The notes below the pieces were generated by a model. It was not told where the DNA came from and ran no database searches. It saw only the letters and a list, made by a program, of their open reading frames with translations. A program made the position numbers and the translations under genes. Positions 28,194-36,552 of a DNA stretch of 42,260 bases are shown one piece after another. The stretch is from a virus (Duplodnaviria > Caudoviricetes): IMG/VR virus record IMGVR_UViG_3300044611_001249, positions 1 to 42,260 of that record. One strand, given 5' to 3'. The stretch's first letter is position 1. Every line of letters starts with the position of its first letter.

Positions 28194-28497
28194 TTGGCAC
28201 CTCCTTAAATGATTTAGCGAACAACATCATCTCAACATACAGATCGAGAATGGATTCAGCGTACTTCACGAGCGTCATCCCAAAGGGTGTGAAATAGGCA
28301 CCTTTGGAACGACGATAATAGATCGCTTGCTGGAAGTAGTTCTCCACCAGCTGCGACCGGTACACAATCATGGACTGAGTTACTCCCAGACTTGCTGCAG
28401 CCTGGTGCGTACCGCCTGTCTTGTACAAAGCAAGGACCACGCGCAAATCCATGATATCAAGCTCGTCGAGCTTGTGCGTCTTTACACCTCTTGGCAT
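28174..28497 (-). CDS. LysR-type HTH protein lacking an effector domain
   Basis: DLRVVLALYKTGG..QAAASLGVTQS...LVE.....Y.R...G..FTPFG matches the LysR DNA-binding domain plus linker helix. Confidence 0.75.
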   Translation of the reverse strand: MPRGVKTHKLDELDIMDLRVVLALYKTGGTHQAAASLGVTQSMIVYRSQLVENYFQQAIYYRRSKGAYFTPFGMTLVKYAESILDLYVEMMLFAKSFKEVPNVDLPK

Positions 28498-30278
28498 AGT
28501 TCAGTTTCTCCCCAGCTAGGACCGAGTTCCGCGTCAACCCGAAGAGGAACTTCAAGCTTTACGCAGTTCACCAGTATTTCAGAAATCTCTTTCGCATGGG
28601 CCACGTCTCGAACAGGACAGTCCACCTCGTCGTGAACCGTGTTGTAGATAACATGGCCCGCATCATGCAGGTTAACCAAGGCCTGCTTAATCATGTCCGC
28701 AGACGAGCCTTGGATAATTGCGTTCAAGGCTTTGTGGGCGAACTCTCCCCCAGGAAAATGCCTACGTCTGCCCATAATAGTTTTAACCCAGCCGCGCCGT
28801 TTAGCGAGACGCATTGCCTCATTACCAAGAAGTTTAACGTAGGGGACAGCCTCATGATATGCCGTGAGAACCGGCTGGGACTGGTCAACTGACATACCCA
28901 AGTTGGCCGCCAGTTTGTGTACTCCCATGCCGTATGCCATTCCAAGATTAAGCGTTTTAGCAACCTTTCTTCCAATGGGCGTACTGGTAATTTCCTCTGC
29001 CATATCAGCAACCATCTGATGATAGTCACTCTTAGGATCAGCAAGATAACGTGCCCGTGCTTCAGCTGCCCCTCTGTATCCGCGTAAGTAGCCATAATGT
29101 ACTGTCACCCTCGGTTCTTGTTGAGAATAATCGAACACTCCAAACTGCATTCCATCATCAGGAACAAATATCCCTCGGATGATAGGCGCGAGGATCGGAT
29201 TTCGCGCAGGTACCTGCTGCATATTTGGCTTACTTGACGCCAATCGTCCTGATCGAGTTCCGCCATCATCTTGCCTAGTTTGCTTGAACAATGGGTGTAG
29301 TCTTCCCTTATGAGAGAATCCAACGATTTTGGTTTTAATGAAAACATTAGCGCTCCGATCCAGTTTTCTGACGGTTGTTATATCTTGTGCCAGTTGTGTG
29401 TTCTGAGATTCAAGCCACTCTGCAGTAAAGCTCGGATTACCCTTTTCTGTACGTATAAAGGGCAACCCGCGTGATTCAAATGCACTGGCCAAACTCTTGC
29501 CAGACCACACATCAGTTGGAAAGCCAACCAGCTGGTCGATTCGTTTCTGTGCGTCACGTTGTTCTTGCCCAAGACGTACCATAGCCTGCTCAGCCTTATC
29601 GTACGATATTGGTATTCCTCGCAGTCGTACAGCGAGCAGTACGTCCACAAGCCGCGACTCCAGATCGAACACATGACGAAGTTCCTCTTTCGTAAGAATA
29701 GGCAGTTGTTTGAGGAAGACTTGTAAGGCCCCTTCAGCATCAAACTCTGCATACGGTCCAACATATCGAGCAGGCAGTCGCCAAAGGTTCTTCTTGACTT
29801 GCTTGTCGGTTGTCCAACCTTTCGCCGCTGCTGCACGTCGTAACTCGGCCTCATCCTTACCGCAACCCAGGTACTTAATGCAGATAGTATCCAACGATAG
29901 GCTCTCGCTGTTTTCATCAATCAATGCCTCCGCAATTTGAATATCATATTTTGGCCCGTTAACAGTAATGCCTTCGGCCCAAAGCCACTCAAGGTCGTAA
30001 CCTATGTTCGCGCCAACCTTCGGCTCATTGCCAGCGAGTTCGCGCTTCAAATACCGAATAACAACATCCTTTGGTAGATTATCCCCGCCCTCGTGCGCAA
30101 AGGGGTAATACGCCTTGAACCCAGAAGTAGCTATAGAGACGCCGACTACGTAGCCGTCGCCTCGAATAGCTCCAGGCCCCATCACCTCAAGGTTCGGATC
30201 ATTGGTCTCGCAGTCGATAGCGATGTAGTCCGCACCCTTCAGTGACGGGTATCTGCCGGATGGCCTCCAATCAGACAC
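28482..30278 (-). CDS. polA: DNA polymerase, family A, with 3'-5' exonuclease
   Basis: Exo motifs IDCET, NIGYDL and YAEFDA; Pol motifs DYSQQEPR, RKVAKTLNLGMAYG and VHDE; start placed at GTG 30278. Confidence 0.93.
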   Translation of the reverse strand: MSDWRPSGRYPSLKGADYIAIDCETNDPNLEVMGPGAIRGDGYVVGVSIATSGFKAYYPFAHEGGDNLPKDVVIRYLKRELAGNEPKVGANIGYDLEWLWAEGITVNGPKYDIQIAEALIDENSESLSLDTICIKYLGCGKDEAELRRAAAAKGWTTDKQVKKNLWRLPARYVGPYAEFDAEGALQVFLKQLPILTKEELRHVFDLESRLVDVLLAVRLRGIPISYDKAEQAMVRLGQEQRDAQKRIDQLVGFPTDVWSGKSLASAFESRGLPFIRTEKGNPSFTAEWLESQNTQLAQDITTVRKLDRSANVFIKTKIVGFSHKGRLHPLFKQTRQDDGGTRSGRLASSKPNMQQVPARNPILAPIIRGIFVPDDGMQFGVFDYSQQEPRVTVHYGYLRGYRGAAEARARYLADPKSDYHQMVADMAEEITSTPIGRKVAKTLNLGMAYGMGVHKLAANLGMSVDQSQPVLTAYHEAVPYVKLLGNEAMRLAKRRGWVKTIMGRRRHFPGGEFAHKALNAIIQGSSADMIKQALVNLHDAGHVIYNTVHDEVDCPVRDVAHAKEISEILVNCVKLEVPLRVDAELGPSWGETELCQEV

Positions 30279-30747
30279 AGGCGTCGAATCCCGGGTTGAT
30301 CTCGATTGTACGACCAGGTGTGCGTAGCCACAGATCAATGGCGGCTTGATCGTACAGCGAGCTGGCGACGATACGCTTGCAAGAGGTGTTCATCAGCAAC
30401 TTCATGCAATGAATGCATGGACTGGCCGTCACATACGCCGTATCGATCTGGTATACATCGCGGCACTGAAGGAGCGCATTTTGTTCCGCGTGAATTGCTT
30501 CGCATGCATGAAGATCCTGGCCGCTCTTAGCGCAAGCCCCTGCACAAGCATTCGGAAAGCCCACGTCGCTAAACATATCCTCCTTGTTACAGTGAGGTAG
30601 TCCCGACGCAACGCCATTGTAGCCAGTAGACAGCACGTGTTTACGGCTATCAACAAGCACGCAGCCAACAGCACGCCGCAGGCAAGTAGCACGAGTAGAA
30701 ACAAGTCTTGCCATTGCGCTAAAGTAATGATCATGTGTGGGCCTCAT
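30271..30747 (-). CDS. dCMP deaminase
   Basis: TCLRRAVG, TGYNG, HAEQNA and SPCIHC zinc-deaminase motifs. Confidence 0.9.
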   Translation of the reverse strand: MRPTHDHYFSAMARLVSTRATCLRRAVGCVLVDSRKHVLSTGYNGVASGLPHCNKEDMFSDVGFPNACAGACAKSGQDLHACEAIHAEQNALLQCRDVYQIDTAYVTASPCIHCMKLLMNTSCKRIVASSLYDQAAIDLWLRTPGRTIEINPGFDACV

Positions 30748-31535
30748 TGTTGTGTCTCCTCAAGCCAACCTTCAAAAGGCACTTTGCGTTCAGCCGCCAC
30801 CCAAAGGTGGTCGACCAGGTGCTCAGGCGATTCGAACTCTCGCGGGTTGAAATCCTTCACCTTGATTGTGCTGGTGATGCCATCAAGCAGATTCGTCGCG
30901 GCCTGCCATTCAGTCTCGTAGAGATGCTGGCTTGCGGCGTAGAAGTGCAGGTCGCCGAGTGCGATGTTCTCAAACGCCGGCTTTGCTCGACGCAGGATCA
31001 ACAGCAGATACGCGCTGATCATGGAGAAGTTGAACCAGTCGTAGGGTACACCCAGCCAGGCATCAGACGAGCGCATGTTAACGAAGCAGTGCAGGAATCC
31101 ATCACGGATCATCCACTGCATGGCCACAGTACACGGGACGTCACGACTAGGCATGGGAGACTCTCGCCACACAGTAAGCACGGACTGCCGCGAGTACTCG
31201 TCCTTCAATAGTGACTGCACGATATACGGCAGTTGCATAAGCACCTTTGGCCCGTACGCGCCGAAGAACTGGTAGCCATCGTCAGAGAAGTCACTGATGG
31301 CCTTGGAGAACGGAGAGATGGTCGAGACCTTGTTGTCGCCTGACAGAATCCACGCAGCCTCAGCAGCCATGAACCGATAGCCCAAACGCCGCTCACGAAT
31401 AGTGACAATCGGGTTGTCCATTGGTACTAGTGTCTTCCAACCCAACAACTCGCGAGTACTCTTACCCCTAGGGGCTACAACTGGAGCATCTAGCAGGTCG
31501 GCCAGAAGACTGAGCCAAACAACGTTTGCTTTCAT
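30744..31535 (-). CDS. Thymidylate-synthase-family dNMP modifier, cytosine-type (dCMP hydroxymethylase/methylase-like)
   Basis: GAYG, SRQ, catalytic PC and MRSSDAWLGVPYD (Asp at the dUMP/dCMP specificity position), then HLY. Confidence 0.8.
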   Translation of the reverse strand: MKANVVWLSLLADLLDAPVVAPRGKSTRELLGWKTLVPMDNPIVTIRERRLGYRFMAAEAAWILSGDNKVSTISPFSKAISDFSDDGYQFFGAYGPKVLMQLPYIVQSLLKDEYSRQSVLTVWRESPMPSRDVPCTVAMQWMIRDGFLHCFVNMRSSDAWLGVPYDWFNFSMISAYLLLILRRAKPAFENIALGDLHFYAASQHLYETEWQAATNLLDGITSTIKVKDFNPREFESPEHLVDHLWVAAERKVPFEGWLEETQQ

Positions 31536-32566
31536 ATAGTTCTCCCATATGCGCGAACTCGAAGGAGATCGCAACCAAGATCGCACTCAAGAGTACGACC
31601 ACTGTTCCGTACCAGATCATATAGCGGATCTGTGACGGTCCTAGCGTCATTGAGGTACGTCATCGTTAGCACCTTATGCGCTTTACCCGGGATCATCCGC
31701 ATCTTATCCATACCCCCGTTGTCGTCCATCCACTTGTAGAAGATATCAGACCCGAGAACATACGGCTTGATTTCAAACGCAGGTACGATCCTGTTCAACT
31801 CAGCTGGGGACTCGGTATAGCAGGTCATCATGATCTCATGCTCTGGAATACCCAGCTTCTCCAGAATCTGAGTGAAGTGCAGGCTGGCCCCTCCATAGTC
31901 AACAAAGGGATACCAGTCATCACGTTCAGCATGATTCTTACCGCCGACGAAGATGTACTTCGCAGGACTGATGTGACCGGTAATGTTATAGCACTCCGGT
32001 TCCAAGATCCAGGGTAGCTGCTCCTCTTGCCACTCCTGTTGATCCTGGATAAGCACAGCCGCAAAATCCTTTGTAAAGTCCAGATCCTTCTTTGCAAGCT
32101 GCACACAGTAGCGCCGAACATGTGGCCAGTCTTTCACCTTATCCCACAGCTTGTGGTATTCGACGCAGACCGGCGAGATATCCGAATACATCTCCTCACG
32201 CGTCTTCTTCAGGTCCTCATACTCATTCAAGTGGTCACGCAAATTCTCGGGAAGACAAACCACCTCAAGTGCGGCATGCTTGAGAATCAATCGCTCAAAG
32301 AAGCGATAGGCCAGTGGCCAGGTGCTACCACCGCGATATGCTGCGGCATAGCAGATCTCGCTCATCCAAAGGCGGTCAATTACAACAAATCGCGTTTTGG
32401 ACAGCTTGATAGCGCGGTGGAGCAAGGCCAACTGGTACGTGAACATCTTGTCGGTGAACCGATACGTGGCATGCATATACACGCCATCGGTCTGGCGAAC
32501 AATCTCCTTTGCAAGGGTTGTTTTGCCAGCGCCGTCAGGGCCGTCAAGAATGATCAGTCCACGCAT
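31532..32566 (-). CDS. dNMP kinase (P-loop) fused to a UDG-like domain
   Basis: DGPDGAGKTT and IDR.WMSE..Y in the N-terminal half; G....AKYIFVG....PFV..GG....ILEKLGI in the C-terminal half. Confidence 0.65.
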   Translation of the reverse strand: MRGLIILDGPDGAGKTTLAKEIVRQTDGVYMHATYRFTDKMFTYQLALLHRAIKLSKTRFVVIDRLWMSEICYAAAYRGGSTWPLAYRFFERLILKHAALEVVCLPENLRDHLNEYEDLKKTREEMYSDISPVCVEYHKLWDKVKDWPHVRRYCVQLAKKDLDFTKDFAAVLIQDQQEWQEEQLPWILEPECYNITGHISPAKYIFVGGKNHAERDDWYPFVDYGGASLHFTQILEKLGIPEHEIMMTCYTESPAELNRIVPAFEIKPYVLGSDIFYKWMDDNGGMDKMRMIPGKAHKVLTMTYLNDARTVTDPLYDLVRNSGRTLECDLGCDLLRVRAYGRTI

Positions 32567-33057
32567 CACACAAGATCCTTCAGAGTAGGTGGAACCCAGC
32601 CCGTTGGCTTGACCACGTCAAACGACGTGCCACGCTTGGAGTCACCAGAAGAAGCCGCCCGCGTCTTGGCCATATTGGCCTGCTGTACGCGACGCCACGC
32701 TTCATGGAAGCGCTGTCCAAAGGGACTGTTTGTGTGGAACCCGCAGAAGCGAACCGTGCCCATAAGAACATAGAGCAGGTCCACCAGACCGTCGAGCGTC
32801 TCTTCAAGACGAACGGAGCTGGGAGCATTCTCGCGAATGTCTTCGTCGATCTTGACGAACTTCATGTCCTTCTCTTCGTCGACTTCAAGCACGAAGTCGT
32901 TGGCCGCAGCGATCTCAGCCAGTTCTTCCAGCATGAAGTTCAGACGAAACGCCAGCATCTCGTCACTGGGAACAGCTGGTACAGCAGGCTCAAGCGCGTC
33001 CAAACCGAACTTGGAGTGGAAGGAACCTACGTCAGCGACAAAACGATCTTCAACCAT
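32566..33057 (-). CDS. MazG-like (PRA-PH family) dNTP pyrophosphohydrolase
   Basis: ATG 33057 with AGGAG RBS; EELAE, DGLVDLLYV, ANMAK and KPTGW..P motifs. Confidence 0.85.
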   Translation of the reverse strand: MVEDRFVADVGSFHSKFGLDALEPAVPAVPSDEMLAFRLNFMLEELAEIAAANDFVLEVDEEKDMKFVKIDEDIRENAPSSVRLEETLDGLVDLLYVLMGTVRFCGFHTNSPFGQRFHEAWRRVQQANMAKTRAASSGDSKRGTSFDVVKPTGWVPPTLKDLV

Positions 33058-33901
33058 TGAAATTCTCCTTGATGAAAGTAGTCCATGCTTCGGACGAGGA
33101 ATTGCATGGATCCATGATGCGATCCACTGGAACAGCACTGGGTTCTTCGATCTGGGCCTTACAGACTCGCCACAGACAATTCCTGCTCAGCTCAGGGAAG
33201 AGCGGGGCAAAAATAGTTGAGAGGTAGTTCGAGTCATAATATTCCCGTAACCTATCGAAGAGAGGCGTGAGCCCTTCGTCATCCAATTTGTGTTGATAAT
33301 CTCTCATGGATGCGAAGGTTCCATAGACCTTCTGAACACGCAGACCTGCATTCTCGATGAGGAACTGCAAGCCACGGAAACTCATCTCGTTGACGTGGTT
33401 AGCCGCAGCGCCCGTAGCCTGGTCGTAGACCGGGGTGGACAGAAACGCGACACCTTCGTCTTCCAGGAGCGAAGCGATACGCTTCAGCATGTCAAACGAG
33501 TGTGACGGCTCCACGTGTTCGAGGACCTCGAAGCAGGTAATGACGCGGAACGTAGAACCCTTGTCATCCCACATGCAGACGTCCCTTTGAGGAACCAGTT
33601 CGTACGGGAAGCGGCCAAGATTGAACGGCGGTTCGAGCTTGTTGATATCGACGCCCGTATACGAGCCGGTCTTGGGGATCAGGCGGCTGGAGTACAGGAG
33701 ACGTAACAAAGGGAGATCACGGCCACAGCCGATGTCCAGAATGTCAGCGGTCTCATACAGTCGTCCTTTGGTCAGGAACCGTGCAACGTGGGACCAGCGC
33801 AGGCAGTGCGCAATGTAGTCGCGATGAATGAAACCACGCCGTTCAGCGAGGTCGATAGACAGATGGGTGTTGTCCATAGCTTTGCCACGAGCATTCGCCA
33901 T
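33050..33901 (-). CDS. Class I SAM-dependent methyltransferase (small-molecule type)
   Basis: ILDIGCG, YTGVDI, CFEVLEHV and LSTP motifs; no DPPY/NPPY or PC motif of DNA methyltransferases. Confidence 0.85.
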   Translation of the reverse strand: MANARGKAMDNTHLSIDLAERRGFIHRDYIAHCLRWSHVARFLTKGRLYETADILDIGCGRDLPLLRLLYSSRLIPKTGSYTGVDINKLEPPFNLGRFPYELVPQRDVCMWDDKGSTFRVITCFEVLEHVEPSHSFDMLKRIASLLEDEGVAFLSTPVYDQATGAAANHVNEMSFRGLQFLIENAGLRVQKVYGTFASMRDYQHKLDDEGLTPLFDRLREYYDSNYLSTIFAPLFPELSRNCLWRVCKAQIEEPSAVPVDRIMDPCNSSSEAWTTFIKENFNG

Positions 33902-33944
33902 ATGTTCCTCCATGTAAAGATGTTTGTCAATCAGAGTATTTTAA

Positions 33945-34003
33945 AGGCCCGATCGGGCCTGAGGGGTCCCCACTGCTAGAGAGGGAGGTAACTAGCAGTG
34001 GGG
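33945..34003. other. Intergenic palindrome plus stem-loop
   Basis: AGGCCCGATCGGGCCT palindrome (33945-33960); 12-bp perfect stem CCCCACTGCTAG/CTAGCAGTGGGG (33968-34003) with a 12-nt loop. Confidence 0.7.
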
Positions 34004-34025
34004 GTGTTGCGCCGCGGCCGGGAGG

Positions 34026-34364
34026 TCAGGCGGCAGCAGCGGAACTCTGAGCCAGAACGCCGGCGTTGACCAGGTCCTTCTGGTAATAACCGATGATACG
34101 CTCAACGGGCTGCTTCGTCTTGAAGGCTTCGTCGGCGAGCAGGGCTTTGCCGAGGTCACCCTTGCTGATGCCGTTGGCACCGGCGTTCTGGACGTGCTTG
34201 ATGATCAGCATCGCCTGCGGGGCGAACTTCTGACCTTCAGCCGGCTCCTTGACGAAGGAGTAGGTGATGTTGGACACGCGCGGCGCCTTCGGTGCCTTCG
34301 GGGCAGCTTCGCCAGCGTTTTCCGGGGTGGTGTTTTCAGTTGCAGCAGTTTTAGCCTTGGCCAT
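34026..34364 (-). CDS. Small basic winged-helix-like protein (paralog 1)
   Basis: MAKAK start; FKTKQPVERIIGYYQKDLVNAGVL; own promoter and AAGGAG RBS. Confidence 0.7.
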   Translation of the reverse strand: MAKAKTAATENTTPENAGEAAPKAPKAPRVSNITYSFVKEPAEGQKFAPQAMLIIKHVQNAGANGISKGDLGKALLADEAFKTKQPVERIIGYYQKDLVNAGVLAQSSAAAA

Positions 34365-34407
34365 GATGATTCTCCTTGTGGATGGGTACTACGTTGAATG
34401 AGATTCT

Positions 34408-34436
34408 ATTATACATCAGCGGATGGTTTTAGTACA
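34408..34436 (-). promoter_or_regulatory. Sigma70-type promoter
   Basis: Minus strand TGTACT, 17-bp spacer, TATAAT, then AGAATC (shared with the 37558 promoter). Confidence 0.7.
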
Positions 34437-34466
34437 CCCGCTAATGTATCTTCCCGCAAACTATCG

Positions 34467-35462
34467 CTAAGCAACCAGGAGGATGTCGCGATCGTTAGCA
34501 GCAGCGACAGCCAGTTCCAAAGCTTGTTCTTTCAGTTTAGCCTTGGTACCGAACCACGCAGCCATGAGGGCGGTGTCACGCTCACGACCGGATTGGTGAT
34601 CAACCCAGTACGTCAACGAGTTCAGCGCGCCCCACCAGGTACCTTTGGACGATTCCATCTGTCCGCCGGGCTGGCTGTTGAGGACTGCGGCCACCTGGTA
34701 TGCGTTGCGATTCAGATCAGCGATGGTCAGCTCGTCTTCCTTGCCGAGTTGCTTGAAGTCGGCCGGTGCGAACAACTTCATCAAGAACCGATAGTATGCT
34801 TGTGCATCGCACTTGGTGGTGGACATGATCTCAGCCTGCCGATGGAAGATCCCCAGCTTATCACGGGCGATTCCAAGGGCTTCCTCGGCGGTCTTCATCA
34901 TCTCGGTACCGAACTCATAACGATGCGGCATACGGAACGATTCACCACCAGAGTTCATGGCCATTGTCAGCGTGTTCTGGCACACCACGCGAATCGGGGT
35001 GAACTTGACCACCAGCGACTTGCCCCAGATGTGCGGAGACGAGAGCAGCAGATAACCGTCCACCTTGTCCTCCTTGAACAGGGAGAACGTATCACTGATC
35101 TTGGCGAGAGCCCAGACCTGTTTGCCGCCGTCCAGTGCTCCAGCAGTCTCTAACTGCATATGGCCAGCCTCGGTCCAACGACGGAAGAACTCAAGCGCTT
35201 GCTTGTTCTGCGTGGGCACATACTCCCGGCCGCAGATCCCCAGGTTCTTGTTGTCCGAGTCCCGGACCAACGCATAATAGCCGTCGACTGGGCAGGACTT
35301 GCCTTCATCCGTAGCGTAGGACATGGGTTTCTTCTGAACCTTCCAGTCGAGGCCTGATGCTACCAGCATCGTATCAACGTCGACGGAGGGATCAACCTGT
35401 TGCCCCAGACCATGCCAGGGGACTTGATTGGCGTAAGCCATTGTTTCGATGTTTGCGGGCAT
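34467..35462 (-). CDS. DUF932 / phage-plasmid family protein
   Basis: PWHGLG, ETAGAL.GG..VW.LA, TPIRVVCQNTL and GTWWGALN motifs. Confidence 0.85.
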   Translation of the reverse strand: MPANIETMAYANQVPWHGLGQQVDPSVDVDTMLVASGLDWKVQKKPMSYATDEGKSCPVDGYYALVRDSDNKNLGICGREYVPTQNKQALEFFRRWTEAGHMQLETAGALDGGKQVWALAKISDTFSLFKEDKVDGYLLLSSPHIWGKSLVVKFTPIRVVCQNTLTMAMNSGGESFRMPHRYEFGTEMMKTAEEALGIARDKLGIFHRQAEIMSTTKCDAQAYYRFLMKLFAPADFKQLGKEDELTIADLNRNAYQVAAVLNSQPGGQMESSKGTWWGALNSLTYWVDHQSGRERDTALMAAWFGTKAKLKEQALELAVAAANDRDILLVA

Positions 35463-35568
35463 ATGTTTCTCCTGTTAGTGGAACAGTTTCCAAAGGACTG
35501 CGAACAGTCCCAGTGTAGTGAACACAACTACTGGTACGAGGACCATTAGGCCGAGAGCCTTCCAGTCC

Positions 35569-36246
35569 TCATTTGTCATGGTGGAACCGCAGGAAGCCAC
35601 CACTGATCAGCTTGCCACGATAGTACTGGAAGATGCGCCACGGATCTTGGCGAGTGTACAGCTGCTCGCGCCGAAGCGTGATGTAACCTTGCAGTTCTTC
35701 CTCTGTAAAGATGTGGCTGCGGCCTTCTGGCCGTTCTGGCAGCTTCGTCAGATCGTGCAGAAGATCAATCAACGCACACGCTTGCGGTGGCAGTCGGTTG
35801 TAGACAGCGGCGTGACCTTCGCATTCTGGGTCAAACACAAAGCGATAGCACACCTTCTTCTTATAGCGCTTGGGCCGCGGACCTCGCACCTTGCGTGCAG
35901 CCCGCTCGTTTGCAGCCATCTCCTCGTATTTGGCGAGGGGATCGTACGCCTGCATCTGCAGCTTCGCCCACAGTTCAGCCGTGGATTTGCATGCGAACTG
36001 TCGACCGAGTTCCATCGTACGCTTCGCTCCGAGCTTGAAGCCCAGATCATCTGGCGTCAGATAGATGCGATGGTGTTCGCGGGGTGGAACCACTTGCCTA
36101 GCCAGCTCCAGTGTGTCGAACCGCAGCCACTTATCGTGGACATAAGCAACCACGTGAGTGTGCACTGCGATATCTGCTTGGTTCGCAGAGGTTGGTGGTG
36201 GCCGTTCAGCCAGCACTTCTTTAGCGAACTTTCCGATATTGACCAT
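35569..36246 (-). CDS. Protein with a C-terminal winged-helix-like domain (paralog 3)
   Basis: ATG 36246 with GGAGGT RBS; ends LPPQA...TRQDPWRIFQYYRGKLISGGFL. Confidence 0.65.
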   Translation of the reverse strand: MVNIGKFAKEVLAERPPPTSANQADIAVHTHVVAYVHDKWLRFDTLELARQVVPPREHHRIYLTPDDLGFKLGAKRTMELGRQFACKSTAELWAKLQMQAYDPLAKYEEMAANERAARKVRGPRPKRYKKKVCYRFVFDPECEGHAAVYNRLPPQACALIDLLHDLTKLPERPEGRSHIFTEEELQGYITLRREQLYTRQDPWRIFQYYRGKLISGGFLRFHHDK

Positions 36247-36277
36247 GTTGACCTCCGTTTCGAATGGTACAAGGACC

Positions 36278-36306
36278 ATTATACCTCAGATAGAGGCAAA
36301 TGTATA
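36278..36306 (-). promoter_or_regulatory. Sigma70-type promoter
   Basis: Minus strand TATACA, 17-bp spacer, TATAAT; shares TACATTTGCC with the 37558 promoter. Confidence 0.65.
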
Positions 36307-36318
36307 TCCCGTTGGAGA

Positions 36319-36552
36319 CTATTTTTTGCGGGGCACGCGAACACGACGCGTTGCATCTGTGGGACTGATCGTCTTGTAGACGCACACGATGTGGTCGCTA
36401 TTCAGCTCAGCAACAACTACCTTTGGAGAGTCGGGGCACGTTACGGAGGCCTTGCTGAACCCCTTATTGTAGCCCGCTTCCCAAAGGTTGATGGAAGCGA
36501 GGGTGACCAGGCCTAACAGGCACGTGATCCCCACTGCGCGGTCCCCGCTCAT
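36319..36552 (-). CDS. Small membrane-anchored protein
   Basis: ATG overlaps the upstream stop (ATGA); N-terminal hydrophobic helix and two further Cys. Confidence 0.55.
   Translation of the reverse strand: MSGDRAVGITCLLGLVTLASINLWEAGYNKGFSKASVTCPDSPKVVVAELNSDHIVCVYKTISPTDATRRVRVPRKK

Noticed and set aside
30744-31535. Ordinary thymidylate synthase (thyA)
   Set aside because: Asp replaces the dUMP-specifying Asn, and the gene context is a modification cluster.
33050-33901. DNA methyltransferase of a restriction-modification system
   Set aside because: Lacks DPPY/NPPY/SPPY and PC catalytic motifs; the pattern is that of small-molecule class I methyltransferases.
35518-36516. 332-aa + strand ORF in the early region
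   Set aside because: Opposes genes with clear RBSs and promoters; no motifs.
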